Assembly (NCBI GenBank): GCA_037441475.1
Contig: JBBISB010000001.1
Span: 396,418 to 428,417, forward strand
Direction: 5' to 3'
Length of the DNA: 32,000 nt
DNA from: Candidatus Iainarchaeum sp.
GTDB taxonomy: Archaea; Iainarchaeota; Iainarchaeia; Iainarchaeales; CSSED10-239
Shown here: positions 16,368 through 23,719 of the stretch, in pieces
Position numbering within the stretch: the first letter of the stretch is position 1
Layout of the letters: each line of letters opens with the position of its first letter
Program-made: the position numbers and the translations under genes
Notes under the pieces: generated by a model
The model's database searches: none
The model's input: the letters and a program-made list of their open reading frames with translations, nothing else
Told to the model about the DNA's origin: nothing

Positions 16368-16388
16368 TTTATTTTTTTAAAAAAAAGT
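16368..16388. terminator. Bidirectional oligo-T/oligo-A tract between the convergent signal peptidase and cdc6 genes
   Basis: The sequence tttatttttttaaaaaaaag gives a T7 run on the plus strand and a T8 run on the minus strand in a 29-nt spacer. Confidence 0.45.
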
Positions 16389-16393
16389 AAACA

Positions 16394-17608
16394 TTAAGCA
16401 TTAAACTCTGTTTTTAAAAGTTCCTTGATACTGTTTGAATCAACACCTAACTTTATTAAAGTGGTATTTCCTTTAACACCCTTTCCTGACTGAGTGGTTG
16501 AAATAAAACCATATGTCTCAAGTTCATTGATATACTCTCTAAACCATCTCATAGAGACTGGTTTTTCCCCATACTTCTGAGACAAGATATTATAGGAGTC
16601 ATACACCTCTCCAGAGTATAAGACATTCTCATCAAAGGAGCCATCTATCTTTAAAATTCCTTTTGGAGAATCTGATTTTTCAGTAATTGCTAAAAGAACT
16701 AACTGTAACTGCACAGGCAAGGTTAAAACCATGCTGCTTATAATCTCATGCTCAACTTTATCTTTAGCTAAAACAACTTCCTTATCTGTTACAAAATCCC
16801 CTTTATTCATGTCAGAGATTTCTCCAGCTTTCAAAAGAAGCATTAAAGCAGTTCTTGCATCCCCAGATTCCTTGGCAGCCATAGCTGATGCAGCATTAAT
16901 TGCAGACTCTTGAACAGCCCCTTCCTTAAAGGCAAGGTGCACCCTTTGTTTTAAGATTTCTTTTAGTTCCTCTGCATTATAAGGGGGGTATACAGCCTCT
17001 TGTTCACATAAAGAACTTTTTGTTCTAGGATCAAGTCTTGACATGAAAAAAAGATTGTTTGATATCCCTATCATTGAAACACTTGAACCAACCCCAAGTT
17101 CATCATTACTTCTTGAAAGAGCATATATTAAATCATCAATCTCTCTATCTTTTATTTTATCAATCTCATCTAAAATAACAACAAAATTAAGTTTATTTTC
17201 TTTTAAAAAAGTAATAAACTTATCGTATATAAAAGACTTTGAGTAACCTACAAAGTTCTTGTCAGGGTAGAAGGCCTGAACACAGTAAAAAAGAATAGCA
17301 TGCTTTGTTTGATAGTTTCTACAGTTTAGGTATAAGGTGTAAAGACATAACTTGTTCTCTTGAGAGATGGTGTCAAGCTGATTTACAACATGCCTTACAG
17401 CAGAGGTCTTTCCTGTACCCACCTTACCATAAATAAAAATATTATGTGGTTTTTCTTTTTTAAGAGCTGGAGAGAGCCAAAGAGAAAGCTCTTTTATCTG
17501 TTCATCTCTGAAAGGTAACTTATCAGGAACATAATGTGGTGATATCTTATTTTTATTGATAAATACAGAGCCTTTATTTAAATATTCATAGAAAATATTA
17601 TCACTCAT
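16394..17608 (-). CDS. cdc6: Orc1/Cdc6 replication initiator
   Basis: It has Walker A IYGKVGTGKTS, Walker B VVILDEIDK, a sensor region GISNN, and a C-terminal winged helix. Length is 404 aa. Confidence 0.92.
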   Translation of the reverse strand: MSDNIFYEYLNKGSVFINKNKISPHYVPDKLPFRDEQIKELSLWLSPALKKEKPHNIFIYGKVGTGKTSAVRHVVNQLDTISQENKLCLYTLYLNCRNYQTKHAILFYCVQAFYPDKNFVGYSKSFIYDKFITFLKENKLNFVVILDEIDKIKDREIDDLIYALSRSNDELGVGSSVSMIGISNNLFFMSRLDPRTKSSLCEQEAVYPPYNAEELKEILKQRVHLAFKEGAVQESAINAASAMAAKESGDARTALMLLLKAGEISDMNKGDFVTDKEVVLAKDKVEHEIISSMVLTLPVQLQLVLLAITEKSDSPKGILKIDGSFDENVLYSGEVYDSYNILSQKYGEKPVSMRWFREYINELETYGFISTTQSGKGVKGNTTLIKLGVDSNSIKELLKTEFNA

Positions 17609-17734
17609 AATATATTTTATACTAAAATGGTTTTTTATAGCTTTTTGTTTCTAAAAAAAAACATTTATTCAAATATACATTGCTATTTTAACAAATTTAG
17701 ATAAAATTATTTGATTTAATGTAAATTAGTTATT

Positions 17735-18892
17735 TTAAAATAAAAAAACATCAGCTTTTTTAATAGCATCTATAATCAACTGCTTTTCAGTATCAATATT
17801 TTCTTCTATTTTTAAGATATCTGATAATAATGTCTTTGTTTTAGGATGCTTTGATATCATAAAAGAACAACAGTCAGGGTAAGGAAGGATTGAAGTTTCA
17901 TAAGTACCAATCTCCTTAGCTATCTTAATTATTTGTTGTTTATCAAAGGCTATTAATGGAGAAAAGGTTGGTAAGGTGGTTGCTGAATAGATGCTTGTTA
18001 GGTTTTCTATAGTCTGTGAAGCAACTTGTCCTATGCAATCTCCTGTTACAATTGCTTTTGCATCTTCTTTTTTTGCTATCTGTTCAATTATTTTAAACAT
18101 GTATCTTCTATAGATAATCATCCTATAATCAGAGGAAACATTTGCTACTATGTTTTTTTGAATATCTGAAAAAGGAACAACATATAGCTTTGTTTTAAAC
18201 TGAAATATTTTTAAACTTTCAACTAATTTTTTTATTTTTTCTAAAATCTGATCTTTTACTAAAGTGTTATTATAGATGTGTACAAAAGTAACAAGGCACC
18301 CTCTCTTCATAAAAAGATAGGCTGCAATCGGGCTATCAATACCTCCTGAAAGAGAACATATTACTTTAGCGCTAACACCAACTGGTAAGCCATCTACTCC
18401 TGGTATCCTCTCTAAAAATAAGCTTACTTCTTTTTCTGATATTTCGACCATGAGTACAAGGTCAGGATCTTTTATTTTAACTTTTTTTTTTAAAGAAATA
18501 GCTATTTTTTCTCCAAGCAAGGCGTTTACTTGAGGAGATTTTAAAGGAAATTGTTTATAACTTCTTCTAGTATCCACTTTAAAACTATTAAACTTAACTT
18601 CTTTTAATAGATTATAGGCCTCTTCTTTAATAGCTTCAAGATCATGAGAGGTGCTATTTACAAAAGAAAAGTTTGCAATACCTGGTGTTATGGATAAAAC
18701 TTTTTTTAAAAAACTAATCTCCTCTATAGAAGGAGAGGATAAAGGGATGTAAAAAAAACCATACCTCCTAGATATCCTGTATTTGTTACCTAAAGCAAAA
18801 GTAATGTTTGTAATTAACTTTTTTTCAAAAAAGACTCTATTTGCTCCTTTAATAGCAATTTCATTGTAATGAATAATAATTCCGTTATACAT
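17735..18892 (-). CDS. thiI: tRNA 4-thiouridine synthase ThiI (THUMP + PP-loop, no rhodanese domain)
   Basis: The PP-loop is SLSGGIDSPIAAYL, the N-terminus has an NFLD/THUMP layout, and there is a C-terminal CC motif (PYPDCCSFM). Confidence 0.88.
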   Translation of the reverse strand: MYNGIIIHYNEIAIKGANRVFFEKKLITNITFALGNKYRISRRYGFFYIPLSSPSIEEISFLKKVLSITPGIANFSFVNSTSHDLEAIKEEAYNLLKEVKFNSFKVDTRRSYKQFPLKSPQVNALLGEKIAISLKKKVKIKDPDLVLMVEISEKEVSLFLERIPGVDGLPVGVSAKVICSLSGGIDSPIAAYLFMKRGCLVTFVHIYNNTLVKDQILEKIKKLVESLKIFQFKTKLYVVPFSDIQKNIVANVSSDYRMIIYRRYMFKIIEQIAKKEDAKAIVTGDCIGQVASQTIENLTSIYSATTLPTFSPLIAFDKQQIIKIAKEIGTYETSILPYPDCCSFMISKHPKTKTLLSDILKIEENIDTEKQLIIDAIKKADVFLF

Positions 18893-19057
18893 ATAAGTAT
18901 ATTTAGGTACTAAAAATAATAAAAAGAGAGTTGTTTTTTAATAAAAAACGCCTTAATCTAGAAAAACCCTAATTTCCTTACTTTTAAAAAAATACATTTT
19001 GTATTTAAATATTTTGGTATATAATTATAATATAAATTAATATTTAGTATTAATGAC

Positions 19058-19066
19058 GAGGTGGGG
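19058..19066 (+). promoter_or_regulatory. Strong Shine-Dalgarno site (GAGGTGGGG) for sepF
   Basis: It reads gaggtgggg and ends 4 nt before ATG 19071. Confidence 0.65.
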
Positions 19067-19070
19067 ATAA

Positions 19071-19418
19071 ATGGCCTTTTTAGACAAAATGTTTAATAAA
19101 AAAAATGAAATCGATATAGACGAATTCTTAAATAATATGGATGTTGAGGATGTTCCTGAAGATGTAGACTTCTACGTAAAGCCTATTAATCTTCAATCAA
19201 ATAACGAAGTTGAAATTGTTATTAAAGAACTTAATCAAAGAAATTTAGTTATTTTAGATATAGAAGGACTTTCAAAGAGAAACGCACAAAGAGCAAAACA
19301 ATTTATAGGACAATTAAAAATGTACCTTACAGATAAAGGCGGAGATCTTGCAATGATTTCTAAAACAAAACTTTTACTTGTACCAGCTAAAGTTAAGATT
19401 ATTAAAAAAATGAAATAG
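19071..19418 (+). CDS. sepF: Archaeal SepF-like cell-division protein (DUF552)
   Basis: The N-terminal amphipathic MAFLDKMFNKK is followed by YVKPINLQSNNEVEIVIKELNQRNLVILDIEGLSKRNAQRAKQFIGQLKMYLTDKGGDLAMISKTKLLLVPAKVKI. This matches the SepF core pattern (vilnl..l....a.R..dfl.G....gG....i....ll.P). Confidence 0.85.
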   Translation: MAFLDKMFNKKNEIDIDEFLNNMDVEDVPEDVDFYVKPINLQSNNEVEIVIKELNQRNLVILDIEGLSKRNAQRAKQFIGQLKMYLTDKGGDLAMISKTKLLLVPAKVKIIKKMK

Positions 19419-19432
19419 GACTGTTAACAGAT

Positions 19433-20161
19433 ATGCCTATTCAACTTAATAAGAAAAGGTTTCCTATAAAGTTAGAACCTAAGCAAGCAGCAAGTATAAT
19501 ACAAAATGCCCTTAAGAAAAAAGGTTATAAATATGAGATAAAGAAAGAAGATCTTTATCTTACTATTACACCTTACTGGGTCTCTTTTTATGATATTTTA
19601 ATAAACAAAAATGAAAAGTTTAATAGGATATCCTCTCAAATAGCATTAAATGCTATAAATAACCAAATTAATGAAAAAGTTATAGATATATTTACTATAT
19701 CAAAACCAATTATTAAAGAAAACTTAGAAGCACCTAAAACAGAACAGATACATCTTAAAACACCAATAGTTAAAAAAGAAGAAGCAGAAAAAACCATTAT
19801 TAAGTACTTGATGTACAAACACAATGTTCTTGAAGATCAAATCTCCTTAAGCGGTGTTGAAGAGATATATGTGCCTAACTGGAAAGTACAGCTTGATAAG
19901 TTTAAGCTTAAGGTAGATGCTATAAATGGAAGTGTAAATAACTTCGAGATTATTAAACAAAGAGAAAAAACTAAAATGGAAATGATCAAAGAAGTTTTTA
20001 CTGAAGTTAAGGAAGATAAAAAACTTAAAGATTACTTTAAGGATCTTTTTAAAAGCATTTATTTAGGAATTGCATTTATTTTTAAAGAAATTGCTAAAAA
20101 TTATAAAATTATATTTTGGTTGATTGTAGCTGCACTCCTTGTTTATATAATATTTCTTTAA
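19433..20161 (+). CDS. Hypothetical C-terminally membrane-anchored protein with two PepSY-like modules
   Basis: There is no N-terminal signal peptide and the C-terminal hydrophobic helix is IIFWLIVAALLVYIIFL. Two helix-plus-hairpin modules end in ...IALNAINNQI and ...KLKVDAINGSV, resembling the PepSY vDa.tG.v ending. The start lies 14 nt after the sepF stop. Confidence 0.5.
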   Translation: MPIQLNKKRFPIKLEPKQAASIIQNALKKKGYKYEIKKEDLYLTITPYWVSFYDILINKNEKFNRISSQIALNAINNQINEKVIDIFTISKPIIKENLEAPKTEQIHLKTPIVKKEEAEKTIIKYLMYKHNVLEDQISLSGVEEIYVPNWKVQLDKFKLKVDAINGSVNNFEIIKQREKTKMEMIKEVFTEVKEDKKLKDYFKDLFKSIYLGIAFIFKEIAKNYKIIFWLIVAALLVYIIFL

Positions 20162-21071
20162 GATCATCTATATCTTTAGAAACTGATAATTGTTCCCTTA
20201 TTTTTGAAGACCCAAGCCTTCCTTTAAAGAAAGGTATTAAAGATACTTTTAGTTTAGCAAAAGATATTGGGTGTTTAGAAACGTGATTTAAGAAAAGAGA
20301 GAGTGCTTTTAAATCATCTTCTTTTTCTAAAAGAGAATGATTCTTTGAAAAAAAATCTATTTGCTTAAAAATAAAGGGATTGCCCATTGCTTCTCTCCCA
20401 ACCATTAAAGCATCAAAGTCCTTCAATTGTCCAAGATTACTTGCAGACACATCTCCATTATAGATAATTGGGATAGGTGAAGTATCTTTAATTTTTAAAA
20501 TTTCTTTAAATCTTGAAGGATGACTATAGTTTTCCTCTGCAAGCCTCCCATGCAAGGAGAGTGCTGATATTCCTGAGGAAACAAACAGTGGAAAGTTTCT
20601 TTCAATCTCAATTTTAGAAAAACCAAGCCTAGTCTTAATAGTTATTGGTTTTTTACAAGTAGTTGAAATTTCTTTAATGATTGGTAAAACCTTTTCAAGT
20701 TGTTTTAAGTTAAAGGCCCCAGATTTACTGTTAATTATCTTTAAGGAAGGACAACCTAAATTAAAGTCAATAATATCAAAGTGTTTATAACTATCCATTA
20801 AATGAGCAGCAGAAACAGTCAAACTTTTCTCACTAAAGTCTCCAAACAACTGAACAGCAACAGGAGCTTCTTCTGTTGTTTTTAATAGATCAAGAGAGGA
20901 TAAATCATCCTTATACTCTAAAATGTGCCTGGTATTAACCATCTCTGTAAAGGTTAGGCCTGCCTTATAATCCTTACAAACAAGCCTAAAAGGAAGATGA
21001 GTATACTCCTGCATCGGAGCAAGCACCCCTCTGTGTTTTATAGGCACATTTTTTATTTTAAATAAAACCAT
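20109..21071 (-). CDS. dus: tRNA-dihydrouridine synthase (Dus family, TIM barrel)
   Basis: Motifs seen are LAPMQEYTHLPFRLVC, DFNLGCPS (catalytic Cys), ITIKTRLG, LSLHGR and NGDV. Confidence 0.85.
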   Translation of the reverse strand: MVLFKIKNVPIKHRGVLAPMQEYTHLPFRLVCKDYKAGLTFTEMVNTRHILEYKDDLSSLDLLKTTEEAPVAVQLFGDFSEKSLTVSAAHLMDSYKHFDIIDFNLGCPSLKIINSKSGAFNLKQLEKVLPIIKEISTTCKKPITIKTRLGFSKIEIERNFPLFVSSGISALSLHGRLAEENYSHPSRFKEILKIKDTSPIPIIYNGDVSASNLGQLKDFDALMVGREAMGNPFIFKQIDFFSKNHSLLEKEDDLKALSLFLNHVSKHPISFAKLKVSLIPFFKGRLGSSKIREQLSVSKDIDDLKEILYKQGVQLQSTKI

Positions 21072-21195
21072 ATAGATTATATGGGTAGAAAATAATAAAA
21101 AGAAAACCTTATAAATTCTTTTAGAATAGATATATATATTATAAAAGTTAATTTTACTTTTTTTAAAAAATAAAAATTAAATATGTGAAAATTAT

Positions 21196-22467
21196 ATGAG
21201 AAAAGAAACAATTATGTCATTAGTGTTAGTTATTTTAATTCTTGGATCAATTGTAGGTATGTCTATTGGGGCAAGACCAGATCAAGGATATATTGAAGGT
21301 CCAGAAACAGATATCAATTATGATGCAATACCTGTTGAAGGTTACTATGGAGAAATACAAACCACTATTACAGAAACATATCCAGAAATAATAATTGCAA
21401 GTAAAACAAATGTTTTTGATAAAACAACTATTGAAAAAGATTTAATACCTATAACAGGAATAAAAAGAACAACTGTAAACTTTAGTAAACTTCAAGATGA
21501 CAGTATTATTGTCATTATAAGAGCTGTTATTGATGAAAAAGAAATTAGTAACATTATAGAAAAAATAAATAACCTAGATTATCTTACTTCAGAGCCTATT
21601 GAATATTATAAGCAAGGAAGTATTAACATAAATGAAAAGGTTTTATTTACAAGTGCACAAGATGAAAATAAAACTTTACAGTATTCCTTTGTTGACTTTA
21701 GGACAGAAGCAATAATTGGTATTGAAACTGTTAAAGGAGATGTTGTTTCAGGACAACTACAAGCTAGCTTTAGAGGAGAAGCACCAGAACAACTTATCTT
21801 TTATGAATCTTCAAACATAACAAACAACCCTAGACTTTTAATGGATGATGTCACTTTAGAGGTTTTAGAATGGAAGGAAGAATACCTTTATGGTTTTAAA
21901 GGACCTTTTAAATCTTCAATTACATCTCAAGAGATTAAAGAGCTTTTAGATATTAATCAAGAAGTCATAATTAACAAAGATATGAGATTAGTTTATAATA
22001 ATCTTGACTTAAAAGAAATCACTTTAGAAGAAATAAATATTGAAAGTATTGAAAATATAAGAAACGAAGAAAATAAAACCATCTTTTCTTTAAAACAAGA
22101 AACAACTTTAGAAGAGTATTTTTCTATAATTGAAACTCTTGAAGAAAATGGTTTTTTAAAAAAAGATATTTTCTCAGAACCTGAAAACTATTATTTTATA
22201 GAATCCTCAAGCCTTATTGAAAATATAGAAGAAACTCTTTTAACAAAGAAACTTTCCTTAACAGAGATTAGTCAAAAAGCAATCTTTGATATTGAAAAGA
22301 TAACTTTACAAGAGGAAGTATATAACTACAAAGAGAAGTTATATGAGATATGGTTAAGTTATCCTAAAGATCTTGAAAAAACAACTTTTACTTTCACAGC
22401 TCAAGCATATGCTGCAAAGAAAGATATAATGTTTATTACTCTTGATAAAAAAGAAATAAAAGAATAA
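21196..22467 (+). CDS. Hypothetical signal-anchored, highly acidic (Glu/Ile/Thr-rich) protein
   Basis: The N-terminal TM helix is IMSLVLVILILGSIVGMSIG, followed by about 390 aa rich in E, I, T, K and N. I recognise no family motif. Confidence 0.5.
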   Translation: MRKETIMSLVLVILILGSIVGMSIGARPDQGYIEGPETDINYDAIPVEGYYGEIQTTITETYPEIIIASKTNVFDKTTIEKDLIPITGIKRTTVNFSKLQDDSIIVIIRAVIDEKEISNIIEKINNLDYLTSEPIEYYKQGSININEKVLFTSAQDENKTLQYSFVDFRTEAIIGIETVKGDVVSGQLQASFRGEAPEQLIFYESSNITNNPRLLMDDVTLEVLEWKEEYLYGFKGPFKSSITSQEIKELLDINQEVIINKDMRLVYNNLDLKEITLEEINIESIENIRNEENKTIFSLKQETTLEEYFSIIETLEENGFLKKDIFSEPENYYFIESSSLIENIEETLLTKKLSLTEISQKAIFDIEKITLQEEVYNYKEKLYEIWLSYPKDLEKTTFTFTAQAYAAKKDIMFITLDKKEIKE

Positions 22468-22475
22468 ATAAATAT

Positions 22476-22817
22476 TTATTCTTTAATAAGGGAGATTGCT
22501 TCTGCAATATCTCCATTTGTTTCTTCTAAAAGTGCTTTTGCTTTTTCTTTAGAAACATTTCCTGTTTGAGATACCATATCTATATCTTCTTGAGAAATTT
22601 CTAAAACTTTTGTAATGGATACATCTCCTGCAACTTGAAAGCTTTTGTTTCCTTGCATAACAATCTCTGTTACAGCTGGGTTTGATACAACAATCTCGGA
22701 ACCGTCCTTTAATTGAATGATTACTTTTTCAGCATCAAGCTCATTATTTTCAATACCCATTTGTTTCATTAAAGCCTGCATCTTTCTTGGGTCAAGCCCC
22801 CCCATTCCTGGCATCAT
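22476..22817 (-). CDS. nac: Nascent polypeptide-associated complex protein (archaeal NAC with C-terminal UBA)
   Basis: It shows MMPGMGGLDPRKMQALMKQMGI, a NAC beta-barrel region, and the UBA-like SKEKAKALLEETNGDIAEAISLI. Confidence 0.9.
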   Translation of the reverse strand: MMPGMGGLDPRKMQALMKQMGIENNELDAEKVIIQLKDGSEIVVSNPAVTEIVMQGNKSFQVAGDVSITKVLEISQEDIDMVSQTGNVSKEKAKALLEETNGDIAEAISLIKE

Positions 22818-22969
22818 ATCTTAAAACCTCTTAATAATTATATCTTACATATATATAATATCAATAAAAATTAATAAAGCTTTTTATTTTACAAAAACAA
22901 AACATCTTTAAATAAATGTAGTCAATATATATAAAATAAAGAAAATTAATTGAAAAGAAAGAAGAACAT

Positions 22970-23593
22970 ATGAAAAAAACAATAACCAACACTAAAGACC
23001 TTATAGCTACACTTAAACTTAACCTTTCAGAAAAAGAAAAAGAACAAACAACTCTTTTTTTTAAGAAAAAAGTAATGCATGTAATTGATAATAAGATAGT
23101 CTACCCTAAGATAGAAGAAATTAAAAAAAAAGAAAAGGAGTTATCTAAAAGCATTTCCTTACTTGAAAAAGATTTATCCTACTGGAAAGGAAGTAAAAAT
23201 GAGGTTGAAAGAAACAAAGCCTTATTTCCAATAACCATTTACTTTAAGAAAAACTTCTGGAGACATAAAATAAAAGAAACTACAAACAAAGAGTATAAAC
23301 AAGATGTTATTGATGCAAAACTTACAGACAAGATCCTTCTTGATCCTGAGTATGCAAATCTTTTTGAAACCTTTTTAGTAAACCCTGACTATAGAAAGAA
23401 ATTAAAAGAAACAATCAATACTTCTATTGTCTATAAAAATAGCAGTATTGGGGGTTATAGTGAGAGAAAAAAAGAATTTAAGATAAAAACATCTGAAATG
23501 AAAATAGAACAGTTAAGAAAACAACTGGATGATTTTTATGCAAAAAAAGAAGTGCAAACTAAGATTATTGAGATAATTAAGAAGCACTCTTAA
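22970..23593 (+). CDS. Hypothetical basic, Lys-rich, probably coiled-coil protein
   Basis: This is a 207-aa ORF with clean coding periodicity and no TM helix. I recognise no motif. Confidence 0.45.
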   Translation: MKKTITNTKDLIATLKLNLSEKEKEQTTLFFKKKVMHVIDNKIVYPKIEEIKKKEKELSKSISLLEKDLSYWKGSKNEVERNKALFPITIYFKKNFWRHKIKETTNKEYKQDVIDAKLTDKILLDPEYANLFETFLVNPDYRKKLKETINTSIVYKNSSIGGYSERKKEFKIKTSEMKIEQLRKQLDDFYAKKEVQTKIIEIIKKHS

Positions 23594-23719
23594 TTTTCTC
23601 TTTAAAAAACCTATTTTTATGTATTTAAAAATATATATAAATGTTATTTTGTATATAATATATATTAAATAACAAATATTCAACCTTACAAAACTCATTT
23701 ACTATAAGAAAGAAAAAAT

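Noticed and set aside
17609-17734. A possible replication origin (ORB repeats) next to orc1/cdc6.
   Set aside because: The 126-bp spacer, and the 178-bp spacer at 18893-19070, contain only short A/T inverted repeats such as aattt-agata-aaatt. I could find no repeated element of 10 bp or more and no GC-containing ORB-like core. An origin may be nearby but is not supported by anything I can see. Z-curve or GC-skew analysis on the whole contig would be needed.
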